The position numbers and the translations under genes are program-made. From Chiloscyllium plagiosum (lineage: Eukaryota): 64,000 bases of DNA. The stretch is from contig NC_057753.1 in NCBI RefSeq assembly GCF_004010195.1, positions 7,989,733 through 8,053,732 on the forward strand, in the 5' to 3' direction. The notes beneath the pieces were generated by a model that did not search any database, was not told the DNA's origin, and saw only the letters and a program-made list of their open reading frames with translations. Shown piece after piece: positions 50,975 to 63,344 of the stretch. Numbering within the stretch: position 1 is the stretch's first letter; each line of letters opens with the position of its first letter.

Positions 50975-52700
50975 CCCAGAAGTGGACGATATCAACCGAG
51001 ACCAAAATGTTCACAACCATAGTGCAAGTTAATCGGACAGGAACATAAAAGAATCAGCAAGAGCATTCCTTGTATGTGTACGTATAAAAGTTCAAGATGG
51101 GTTTATGACGCTTGGAAGAAAAAAAATCAAGTATATGTAGGACACCTGGAAAATACTTCTGCAGAATTAGTTTCGGGAGTGGAGAAATTGCAAATAATGT
51201 AAACCGATATCTTACATCGATCCTCACAGTGGAAGGCACTATAAATATTTCAAAACTATAAACAAGATGTTAATAGGAGGGAGATTCTTGAACGTTCTCG
51301 AACATAAATAATTCCGCTTTTGACAAGTAAATGAGAGTAAATGTTGAGAAGTCAGGAGCAACTCTGAAATGGTTTTAGAAAATGCGATTGCAGAGTCACG
51401 AGTAACATTGCTTGAAATGTTCCAGAACAGTTGGGATATCCTGAATGTTTCAGTAAAACTGCAAAAACTCTTATGTGATTTCTGTCTTCAAGAAGATGTG
51501 CATACTGAAATCAGGAACCGGTTGGGCTAAAGGCCTAAGCTCTATTGTCATGACACTGCTAGATTTCAGTATTAAGAAAGGGATTGCATGATATTTTCAA
51601 AAGCTAAGCAATCAGATTCAACATGGTTCAGTGAAAAGGAAATCATATTCTGTCCTGTCAAGTGATGCAAATATAAATGGAGTTCCCTGAGAACATAACA
51701 AGCAGACTTGATAAAGGGGATCTATTAGACAGTGCAATTGGGTTTCCAGAGATGTTCTACAAATAAAGTTTATGAGACAAGATAGGAATTCACTGCATGG
51801 CCGATATTGTTTAAACATGGAATGAGGATTGGTTAACACAGAAGATTGGCAGTCAGTACTAACTAGTTTTATCTGATTTTAAAAAATCCACTGAAACAAC
51901 AGAAATATCAACTATTGATTATCGATACTGATGGTTTCAAGGAAGGTGAATAATGCCTGATATATTCGATTTTGTGGATGACACAAGATAGGTGAGGGGG
52001 CCTGTTACAATAAGTAATCTGCAAGAGGAGAGAGATTAAGTCAGTGAATGGGCAGTAATTGAGAAATGTCGTTTATTGTGAGAAGTTGTGAATTCATGCA
52101 TTTCGGCAGGAAGAATCATGTAGGAAGTGGAGACCACTATTATTTGGAGCAAAACCCCGAAAGTAATGCAGCTAAAAGGGATCGAGGTGTTTTAGTTTCT
52201 GCAATGCAAAGTTAGCATGCTGATGCAGCAAACAATTAGTGTGATTTATTCGGTTGATGAATGATAATGTTAACTTATCAATATCGTCAAGGTGGCTAGG
52301 TATTGGAATATAAATAAATAAGGATTTATAATATTGAAACAAGATTAAGAGGAAACTTGACAAATCAAATTGTGAGAAGGTGTTTCCACTTCTGGGTGGG
52401 GTTTCGATCAAGGGAACATCATTACAGAAGAAGGGACATGCAGTTAAAACTCATATAAAAAGCAATACTTTCTCTTCATGGTTAATGAGTGTCTAGATTT
52501 TCCTAACGCAGAGAGCCGACACGTGTGGATCAATGAAGGAATTAATTGAATTGAATTTGTCAATATTATTGAACTGTGGGATTCAAGGATTTGGTGTAAA
52601 TCTGGATTTGAGCACTGGAGCAGATCAGCCATGATCTCATTGAATGATAGGGCAGACTTGAGGGGGAGAACATTTACTTGAGTTCTTATTTGTTGTGTTT
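50975..52700 (+). mobile_element. Highly decayed CR1 RT to 3' end
   Basis: ttttgtggatgacacaagataggtg (FVDDTKIG) and 3'UTR cagatcagccatgatctcattgaatg. Confidence 0.6.
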
Positions 52701-53030
52701 CATTTTGTAAAGCAATGGTTATTTCCTGGAAGTTGTGTTGCACAATGTTGCATTCAGGAAAGTCAGTCGAACTGGTTGAGCCAACTATGTGCGATAAATG
52801 CCATTGATTCATGAGTCTGATTCTGCGGCCTGTCCAACATCTGGAGCAGAAGTTGCAGAAACATAAATCCTGCAAAGTGGCGTGAGGGTGCCCTTCCCGA
52901 CACAACCTAATTTTTACAAGTGCATTTTCCCATCTACACCGAACAATTGGAATGGCCTTGTACTGCTCCTGTGGGAGCAAACTTAATAGGTTAATGAGGG
53001 AATCAGAACGTACGAATGTGGGTCTAGCTT

Positions 53031-53153
53031 AGAATGGTGCTGTGAAAGCACAGCAGGTCAGGCAGCATCCAAGGAGCAGGAAAATCTTCGTTTGAGGCAA
53101 AAATCCCTTCATCGACGTTTTGGGTTAAAGCCCTTCTCGACTTTCGGGCAAAA
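53031..53153 (-). mobile_element. Degenerate Penelope-derived mini-element with locally reiterated hammerhead segment
   Basis: aaagcacagcaggtcaggcagcatccaaggagcagg followed by about 3 decayed copies of tcgacgtttcgggcaaaagcccttc. Confidence 0.6.
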
Positions 53154-54879
53154 TGTGACGTTTTAACACTCCACCAATAAATAAGATCGTTGCTTATCTC
53201 ACTCTGATCTCTTCACTGCACTTTTTGTTTTTTGACATGCATGTCGGAATTAAAAACTGACAGCCTCAATATAATGAGAAAAATTCCCAACACAAACTAC
53301 TCGGAATGTTAATTCCCACTTGAATGGCACATTGCGAATTTCTCCCTGACCCTCCTCTGACTAGTGTTGGAGTGGTCCCTGTTTCTGTTTGTAGTCCCAT
53401 TACCCATCTGGTCGCAATAGGACAGGTCAGCATTTGTTTTTCCGAAGTCAACAAGTCATTGGTTTATGAACAAAATAAACGTCTTCTATTTCCTGTTAGT
53501 TAACCAGGGTTGTCCGTTCCTGTGCAGTGGGCTAGAAAGCTTGAATTGCCTCGTACACTGCTGTGGAGTATAATCAAAAAGTTAAACAATATCATTCCAT
53601 TCCTGTCTAAATGCTTAGAAGGACAAAATGGTCTTCTCTGTTCTTAATGCAAAGTCCCTGACTTGCTGAATGGGATCTTCCTGATTACTTAGAAGCCTTA
53701 TAGGATTGGGTGAGTTACCAGGTCTTTGAAGTACAAATCAGGAAAAGCAACTGATGGCCGTTTGACCTCTCGTACCTGTTGCACAGTTCCAACATAGAAC
53801 AGTTGATCTGATAGTGTCTGAACATTGTTGTTATCTCTCTCTCCATTAAATATTTACTCTCCCATCTAGAAAAGATCATTGTATCTCAGACTTGAACCTT
53901 TTTAAAACCTAGTCTGCCCTGTTCCCAAGAGATAAGATGACCACAGGTAGGGCAAAATCAAAGAGAAAGGGACATTCTTACCTTAACGGTAAATGGGAGG
54001 CCTGCCATTTTAAAACATTGTTCCCTCACAAAAAAACAACTCCTTTTGCGACAGAAGGATATAACAATTATGAACTCAAGTAGACCATTCAGCCTCTCAG
54101 ACCTGTCCCACAAATGATTTGTTCTCTATTCAAAGAAATACTATCAAAGGCAGCTGTAAATGCTCTCTATGTAATAATTTCCCAGATGTGTCCTTATTTG
54201 CTTCTTGAATGGGAGACCCCAGATTTTTGAATGTCTTCTGCCAAATTGAGACTAAACCACAAGAGGAAGAGTGCTTCAGTATCCATCTGATCAAGTCCTG
54301 TCAGAGTCGGTTCTCTCCTAATCAGACCACATCCCATTCCTGAAAACTCTGATGCCCCAAACTGCTCAGCATCTCTGCAGAGGATAAACAATTCATTCTG
54401 GAATCATACAAACGAACTGAACTTGTAAAAGTAATTAGAGGTAAGGATACAGAAAAAAAAGTTCATACACAGTCCTCCAGATGCATTCTCAATCAGAATG
54501 GGGACAATTGCAGCAACACGTTCGCCCTAGCAAGTTGATTGGAAGAACAGCGCGGGGACACAGTTTATTGTTTTTCTTTTGAAAAATCATTTTCAATCAT
54601 TTACAAAAAATGGGGAGATTTATTTTCTTTTCTCAGACTGTTGTGGGACTTTTGAATCTCATCAGCATAGAACATTGAATACTTTGATGTATACCCAGGC
54701 ATATTTTTGAATAACAATGGGCCGAGTGTTGTCACGGAGAGAACAGAGGTATGCAGTGACATGCTGACAATGGAGCAAAATGAAAATGCAGATGAGCAGA
54801 ATATCCAAAAAATGCAACAGGATAATAAATGATGATAGACAGAAACACACAACTTTAAGAGTGAAAGAATAAAGCCGAT

Positions 54880-55075
54880 ACAATCCCAGAATACCATGAG
54901 ACTCGTTAGCGAGAAACGATTCGTGGTGGTTTAACCTGACCGTCATCACACCCAGGCTGAGGGGCGAGGTTGACAAAACGGGACCTTCATGGTAACCTCT
55001 GTCACTGTGGGAATAGAACCTGCCCTCTTGTCCTCCCTGGGCATCACAAAACAGCTGCCCATCCAAGCGAGTGGT
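54880..55075 (-). mobile_element. Second tRNA-derived SINE family, decayed
   Basis: Minus-strand B-box-like ggttctattccc; body ggtggtttaacctga..gaggggcgaggttga recognised by eye. Confidence 0.5.
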
Positions 55076-56365
55076 ATAACTTGAAACTGCTAGTGGTGGT
55101 GAATAAAAACCAAAAGCAAAGGGCAACAGAAACTTTGAAAACAACGAAGAAGCCAAAAGACAGATAATTTGCAAAATAACAGCGAAGGACAACATTTGCG
55201 AGGTGTCAAAACCATATAGTATAATTAGAAGCAATATGCGGATAATGCCATTGATTAAATGAAATAAGGCGACATGTGTGCAATTACCAGATGTACTACT
55301 TATAATTAGGTATTAATATCAATTTAAGAAATGTATCTTTGCGAGATTATGTGTAAAAATGCTTTTAAATACCAAGACGTATGAAGCTGAGGTAATGTGT
55401 TGTTGGAGAATCACTTTTCCGTTTCCTAAAAATGGGTACCGGGATTACGCCTGAAAAAGTTGGTTTATCAAGTGTCCGAGTGCCATCTGTTCAGTGACGG
55501 GAACCCAAGGGTTCAAACACTGAAAATTCCTATGAATGGAGCTCAGCTCACAATCAGATCAGCCACAATCTTATTGTGTGATGGAGCAGGTTTTGAATGG
55601 CCAAACTGTCGTATGAAGGATCCTGAACTTATGTCGCTATGTTCTCTGAAAGAGAAAAACGACTCGACATCTCTATGTGTGTTACATACAATAGTATCAG
55701 TCCTTCCCCAAACCTACGAATTCTCTGCAACATCATCTGGAACAATTTTTAACACGACATCCTCCAGAACACTCGATAACACTCTGTCACCACCATTCTC
55801 TGGAACATTCTTACACTGAGGCTATGTTTGAAAGTCCAGTCGTTTCATAATTGTTTGAAATATAAGTTCCCGAGGGAAGAGAGCCTGTTCAAGCAAGAAG
55901 GGGACACAAGACCCCTCACGCAGCACGAGGTGAAAATACATACTTTTTGGCATTCACACGTTTTCACGATAGAGGGTCGACCATGATTTTAAACTACAAA
56001 CAGAAATTTCCAACCTCCGAATGACTTCAAGGAACAGGAAGGCAACCCTTCAGGACGCCAACATTTTCACCCTCTGTATCATTCACTCTAAAGTGTGGCT
56101 GTTTTCCAGTGATCAGGGGCACAAGAACTTTATGGAAACTATCTAATCTTACAGATGTGTGTCTGTTTGTTTGGAGAGGAAGTGTTTCTCGTGTTTTAAC
56201 TCACATTTTTGTAAGTAATTCAGAACTTATGACTTCTTATTTCAGCTACAATTTATTCCATAAATCTCTGAATGCAGTATCTTATGTTAATATCTCACAT
56301 CTTAATCAAACAGCTAATTTTGCTTCCAAACCGAGATATAATTTGTTTGCTTGCTTTCCTCATAG

Positions 56366-57261
56366 TTAACGTTTTGACGATCTACGTCCTGGTTTATAAA
56401 GATTGTGGATTGTCTCTATGCATCAGTCATTTCCTGGTGGCCATGGCAGTGGCGGATCTACTGGTAATTATCATTGACCTGATATTGAGACAAATTCCAA
56501 TTGTTTTTTGGGAACAGTTTTATTTCCTGACATCCATTCGCGTGTGCAATATCCACGCTGTCCTGCTTTATGCCGCCACTGACTGTTCTGTCTGGTTCAC
56601 CGTCAGTTTCACCTTCGATCGATTTCTGGCGATTTGTTGCCAGAAGCTGAAGCGTAAATATTGCAGTGACGAAACAACAGCTAAGATTCTGGGAACGGTG
56701 ACCGTGCTGAGCTTTTTGAAGAATATTTTCTGGTATTTTATGCTCTCAGATCAGTATCGGCTTGTGAACCTCCCCTGGTTTTGTCATGTACCCAGCGATG
56801 TTTATGAGTCTCCGGTCTGGCTCACAATCGAGTTCCTCCATTACATTCTCACCCCGTCTCTCCCGTTTCTCCTGATTCTGTTGTTCAATGGTTTCACGGT
56901 CAGGCACATTTTAGTGACCAGCAGAGCCCGCAGGAGACTCCGGGATCACACCAATGGGGACGTTCAACGTGACACAGAAATGCAAAATCGAAAAAAATCT
57001 ATCACATTATTGTTTGTGATCTCGGCCAACTTCATCCTATTATGGTTCTCATCAATGCTGTACACTCTATGGTACCGGATGTGGTATTTGGGATATAGGT
57101 TTTTGTATCTACATTGGTTTGTTCTGGAATTGGGCTTCATGCTACAGCTTCTCAGTTGCAGCACAAACACTGCAATTTATGCCGTGACACAGAAGAGGTT
57201 CAGGCAACAGCTGAAGAATGTACTGAAATGTTCAAATTCACCAATAAGTCATAATCACTAA
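56366..57261 (+). CDS. Paralogous GPCR exon 2, copy R; intact frame, no plus-strand exon 1 visible
   Basis: Same acceptor (ttgctttcctcatAG|TTAAC) and the same 7TM motifs as copy L. By hand count about 37 nt and 22 aa differences from copy L over 896 nt, with no stops or frameshifts. Confidence 0.85.
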
Positions 57262-60200
57262 TTAAGCAGTCCATTCAGAATTCTGTCATTTCGAATTTTT
57301 TCTCAAGAATAATTCAGCCTGTCCCTTTGGTAACAGGATGTGTGTAGTTCCACCTTGTCCATTTGTTACACGTGAACGGTTACACTCCTCTCATCTCAGC
57401 GTCCCATGAGAAAAGGCACTATTTCACTCACTGTACCTGTAACTTCAGTTTGTTACTGAAAGAAATTGCCATTATAAGTGCCAAACAGCAGTACTAGCTG
57501 TTTTGTCGTTCGTCATTTTCTGAAGATTCTGAACTGAAGAGAGAGATATTTGACAATAATTCTGCTCATTGGGAAAGGGGAGGGGACCAGGCTGAACGAA
57601 GGAGATGTGTTTAAGTCACTCTGTCCTTCCTTTCACTCTGGTGACCAAACAGAAAATTCTCCTTTCATATCTCCCGTCCACCTCTTCTCACCCTCACACT
57701 CAAAATCTACCTCTCTATTTCGCTCTCTCCACCTCCTATCGTCCTCTCATTTTTTTCTACTCTTTCAGTGTTTCTTACTCTGCTGGTCTTCATCACATTC
57801 TCTCCATTCTGCACTCCCTGACATTCGGTCTTCCTCAATTCAGTTTAAATCGCTCTCTCCATCTTCTGATACCCTCTCTCTGTTTCCTTCCTCTCCATTC
57901 TCTCCATCATTATTCTTCTCTTTCTCCCTCCCTCCATTCCCCACACCCTCACCCTCCCACGCCCACCTTTTCCACATTTCATTTCTCTTCCTGTTCGTCT
58001 ATCCTGCCTCTCCTTCTTAGTACACCTCTCTATCACGTTCTCTCCTTCCGTATCTCCTGATCTCTACCCCCGACAACTCGCCCTCTCTCGTCTGCACTCT
58101 CTCCATCAATCGTTTTTACACTCAGTCACAAAGGAACACGCTCTGACGGCCATGTAAATTTGTTAATTATGTTAGATAAGTTCCAGACACCTGATTGGGT
58201 CTATAACACAATATTGAGTGAGGGAAGGGAAGCGAGAGTTGGAAACTTGGCAGATATCTTTTTGTCCTGTTCAGCCACAGGTGCTGTCGCATAGGACAGG
58301 AAAATAGCCAAAGTGTTGTCCATTGTCCATTGTTTAAGAAGCGTAGTCGGGAGAACCCAGGAAATTGCAGGCCTGCAAGCCTCATGTCGGAGGTTTGGAA
58401 ATTATTAGAACAGCTTCTCAGGGAACAGGTTCTCTAAGATGCAAATGGAGTTCTAAGCGACACAGAGCAATGGTTTTGTGCCAGTTGGTCGTGCTTCATT
58501 AAGTTGATCGAGTTTTATTTTGAGGAGGTGGCGAAGATGATTGATGAGGAAAAAGCGGTTCACGTTGTCAACATTGATTTCAGTAAAACCTTTCCTAAAG
58601 TCCCTCAAGGCAGACGAGTACAGAAGGTGAATTCATGTCGTATCGGCGTGACTTGGCAAGATGGACGCAGAACTGGCTTAGTCTTAAGAGACAGAAATTG
58701 GCAGTAGACGAATGTTTTGCAAATCGAGTGCTGCTACCTCTACTATTCGTGGTCTAGATAAATGTTTTGGAGGAAAACATAACTGGTATAATTAGTAAGC
58801 TTGCGGAAAATACAAAATTGGTGAGTTGCAGGATAGTGAGAAGGATTGCCAGAGGATAGAGAGGGGTATAGATCAGTTGGAGGCAATGGCAGAAAAATGG
58901 CAGATGGAGTTTCATCTGAAAATTCAAACGTGATGTGATGCATTTTGGAAGGGCAAGTGCAGGTGGAAATTATACAATGAATGTCAGAAACCTTAGGAAT
59001 ACTAACATGAAGAGGAATCTTGGCGTGTAGATATACGGATCACTGAAGGTGGCAGCACAGATTGGCAAATTAGGTAAAAAGGCCCATGTCATTGTTGGCT
59101 TCAGTGGAAGCTATTGAATTATTGTTCAGACAATTTATGCTCCAACTTCATAGAAATGTATTTAGGCTACAATTCTCACAATGTGTTCCGTTCTGATCCA
59201 CACATTCCAAAATGATGTCAATGCTTAGGTACAGGAAAGGTTTATTAGGATGTTAGCTATTATGGAGGATTTTAGCTTCGAAGAAAGTTTGAATAGACTG
59301 TGTTTTTATCACCAGAACGCAGGAGGTTGAGGGGCGACCTGATAGAAGTTATAAGTTTGTGTAGCATGGATATGGTGGAAATTATGAGGTTGTTTTCCCA
59401 GGTTGGAGGGGTGAAATCAGATGGGGGCACAGGTTCAATATGCAGGGGAGAAGTTTAAAAGAGATGTGAGAGGTTAGATCTTCACACAAAATATGGAGAG
59501 TGTCTGGAACACACAGCCAGAGGAAGTGGTGGAAGGAGACACAATGGCAGCATTCAAGGAGCACCTGAACAAACACATGAGTAGGAACGGAAAGAGAGAT
59601 ATGGTTCATGTAAATCCAGAATGTCTTAGTATGGGAAATGAAAATGTGTCGGCACAGGCTTGGAAGCCCGAAGGCGCTGTTTCTGTGCAGTATTGTTCTT
59701 TTTTATTTGTTCTTTGAATCCGTTCTGCCATCTCGGTTGAATAACTGAAGGATAACTGAATACCATCTCCTGATTGGGTCGAAGAGAAACTTGTATTTCC
59801 CTCAACTCGCTCATTAACTCTGAGCCATGTACAACACACTCTCTGAACCTGTTTACACATCCTGGACAATGGGATATGCCGTTTATCTGTCCATTTGAAT
59901 AGAAGCTCAATCTGGAACGTTGTTGGATGTTACAGACAGGAGAGGATCCTTCGTCTGAGCAGAAAGGAGATGGTGGCGAGCCGGATCAGTGTTTTAGTTA
60001 TCAGAAGACAGCCGTTTTGTGGTCTAAATAGCAACTTTGGTGGGTCAAATGGGAAGGTTAGGCAGATCAGGTCGGAGACTTTGAAAGACCTTAGGGTGGT
60101 ATCTTAAATAGCGAACTGAGGCCATCGCTATGGAAGCATAGAAGGAACAGCAGCAGGCCATTCAACTCCTCGAGCTGGCTGAATCATTCTTTATGATCAT

Positions 60201-61561
60201 TGCTGATCATCAAGTTCAATGCCCTAATCACAATCTGTCTCCATATCTCTTGATCCCTTCAGCCACATGAGATACATGTACTTCAGTGACGAAACTTTTT
60301 CCTCAACTACTTTTGTGACACTGAATTCCATCAGCTTGCCACTGTTTCGAAGAAACAAATTTTCCTCTTCTTCCTAGTAAAAGCTTCAGACATTATCATT
60401 CAACCATGACCTATTCAAATGGACGTCCTCTCGATCAGGAACATCCTTCATGGATCTGATTGTCGAGCACTGTAGAATTTTACAGGTTGCTGTCCGATTG
60501 CCGCTCAGTTTCTAAACTCACATGAACACAACCCTAACCGAATTAATCACTCACCGTAAGTCAGCCTTATCATCCCATGATTCAATTTGCTGAAAGTTTG
60601 CTGCACGTCATGGAAATCCATACATCTTTCCAAAGAAAAGGAGACCAAATTTCCCACAATGTTCCAGTTGAAGTGTCGCCAATGCTCTGTACCATTGCAG
60701 CAAGACATTTTTGCTCCTGGACTCGAATTCTTTCGCTATGAAGGCCCACATGCAGTTTAACGTCTTTCCGACCTGATGAACCTTGCTTAATTGCAGCGAC
60801 TGCATACGAGGACACCAAAGTCTCATTTACCGTTGCCTTTTCCAACTTTGTAACTATTTAAATAACAATCTTCCTTCCGATTTTTTTTCTATCAAAATTG
60901 ATAATCTCACAATTATCCATATTGCACTGGTTCTGCTATTCGTTTTTCTCTCACTGTGTGTATATGTTGTTATGCATGTGAGCGTTTAGGACTCTTTGTT
61001 TATCTGTGTGTTTATATGCAAGTGATTCTGTGTGTCCGTATGCGTGTATCTGTGATTGTATGGATGTCTTTACGGATCAGTCTCGCGAGTCTCTGTGCAT
61101 ATATGTGTGTTTCTTTGAGTCTGCATGCATGACTGTGTTTCACATATCAGCATCTATGTTTCACGTATGTGTATCTCTGTGCGTTTCTGCGTGTGTGTCT
61201 CTGTCTGTGCTTCAGTCTTTGTGTATATGTATGGTCTGTTTGTGCTTGTGTCTGTGGGTGTCTTTTCGTTTGTCTCTGTGTTTGTGTCTGCACGTGTGTT
61301 TCTTGGTACTTGCCTTTGTGTGCCAATGTTTACCATTAGATGTGTGTGTCTGCGTATGTTGAAGGTGCTGTTAGTTTGGATAGTGCTTTCAGACTGGATG
61401 ATGGTGCGAGCTGCTGCCCTACCTTTCTCCCTCTCTGATCGAATCGCTGATGATTTTCAGTATCTGTCGACTGTGCAGTGGCATGCAGAGGCCTTCAGAA
61501 AGTGGCATTGCATCTCTCTTAACAGCAGAGACATTTTCAGAATGCCACACACATATAAACA

Positions 61562-62400
61562 TTTACCAAATGTTTCCTTACCCTACTAGGTAATGTCTTC
61601 AGTGGGCCTCAGGCAACGCAATGCTGAATATTCCTGCTTTCTATTTATATGTTTGGGTTCTTTGGATTGGTGATGTCATTTCCTGTTGTGATGTTATTTC
61701 CTGTGGTGAAGTCACTTCCTGTTCCTTTTCTCAGAGGATGGTAGGATGGTCTAAATTGATTTGTTTGTTGACAGACTTCCAGTTAGAATGTCATGTTTCT
61801 GGAAATTCTCGTGCATGTCTTTGTTTGGCTTGTCCTAGGATGGATGTGTTGTCCCAGTCGAAGTGGTGTTCATCATCTTCCATATGTGAGGATACTGGTG
61901 AGAGAGTGTCATGTCTTTTTGTGGCTAGTTGGTGTTCATGTATCCTGGTAGCTAGTTTTCTGCCTGTTTATCCAATGTTTGTTATGCTCCTTGCACGGTA
62001 TTTTGTAAATGACATTTTCTGTATCGTGTCTTTCAATTTCATTACCTGCATTTTAAGTGTGTTGGTGGGTTTGTGGGCTACCATGATACCAAGGTGTCTG
62101 AGTAGTCTGGCAGTCATTTCCGAGATGTCTTTGATGTAGGGGAGAGTGGCTAGGGTTTCTGGACGTGTTTTGTCTGTTTGTTTGGGTTCGTTGCTGAGAA
62201 ATCAGCGGGCAGTGTTCACCACAGGAAATGACATCACCGAATCAAAGAAACCCAAACATATGAATAGAAAGCAGAAATTTTCAGCATTGCTTCGCCTGAG
62301 GCCCAATGAAGATGTTACTTAGTAGAGTAACGAAACGTCTGGATATGAACCTTCCTCTCAGCGAGCAAACCTACATCCAAAACCTCAACCTGAGAGACAA
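61562..62400 (-). mobile_element. Mirror copy of the Penelope-like element at 23592-24432
   Basis: Reverse-complement match; hammerhead-like cores at 61566-61605 (-) and 62303-62342 (+). Confidence 0.88.
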
Positions 62401-62868
62401 ATTTTCTCAAAAATCCCTAACACACATACCAGTATAGACACTATAATACCGACACACAAATACTGATACACAGACACAAGTGGTAGTAAAGATACACTAA
62501 AATAAAGATACTAATAAGCACATACATCAGCTCTGTCAGCTTCTCTGACTTTTCTGCACAGTTCTTCCATTTTCGATCTTTTTGCTCATTGAGTGAGGCT
62601 GCGAATAAACATGACTGTGTATCTGAAATTAGAGCGTCCCCTTCGAGGTCACTACTCGGCTGATTTCACACATTTAGTGCAGCCCCTGATTTGTGAGAAA
62701 GAGTTCGGTGGTTAGACAAAAGTGTACATTTAAATGCGTCCTTCATATGTCTTCATGTTACCAATGTCAGAGACAGGAACCACGTGTGTTAAATGTCCCA
62801 GAATGTATCCAGTACTTTCTCATTTTGGACTCCCTCCGTATAGTAACCGGACACAACTGTACATGCAG

Positions 62869-63101
62869 GAGAAAGTGAGGACTGCAGATGCTGGAGATCA
62901 GAGCTTAAAATTGTGTTGCTGGAAAAGAGCAGCAGGTCAGGCAGCATCAAAGGAACAGGAGAATCGACATTTCGGGCATAAGACTTTCAACAGGAATGGG
63001 GAAAAGCCCTTCCTGAGGAAGGGCTTATGCCCGAAACGTCGATTCTCCTGTTCCTTTTATGCTGCCTGACCTGCTGCGCTTTTCCAGCAACATATTTTGA
63101 A
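62869..63101 (-). mobile_element. Palindromic Penelope-derived mini-element present only in the right arm
   Basis: Flanked by acaact(g/a)tacatgcag at 62853-62868 and 63102-63117; empty site at about 23126-23139. Confidence 0.88.
63011..63042 (+). ncRNA. Minimal type I hammerhead ribozyme motif
   Basis: CUGAGGA-A-[GGGC uuau GCCC]-GAAA-CGUC; stem I about 2 bp. Confidence 0.58.
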
Positions 63102-63344
63102 ACAACTATACATGCAGCAGATTTCATTTCTGACCCAAAGCTCGTGCTTCCAAATAAACCTGTTGGACTATAGCCTGGTGTTGTGTGATTTTTAACTTTG
63201 TTGTATTTGATGCTGAGTTACAGAAAATGGCGTGAGAACCTTTTACATTCCAGTGCAGAGAAATGCAATGATCTTTTTTTAAAGAGAAAGTGAAGACCTG
63301 AGGGCTGGGAAATGAGGGAAAAGGAACATTTTGATCACTGCTGT

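Noticed and set aside
54601..55234. Hydrophobic 190-aa and 98-aa ORFs as a membrane protein
   Set aside because: T-rich strand bias, the frame crosses a SINE, and there are no recognisable motifs.
57550..58060. Ser/Pro/Leu-rich ORFs downstream of the receptor
   Set aside because: CT-rich low complexity; frames are not conserved with the left arm.
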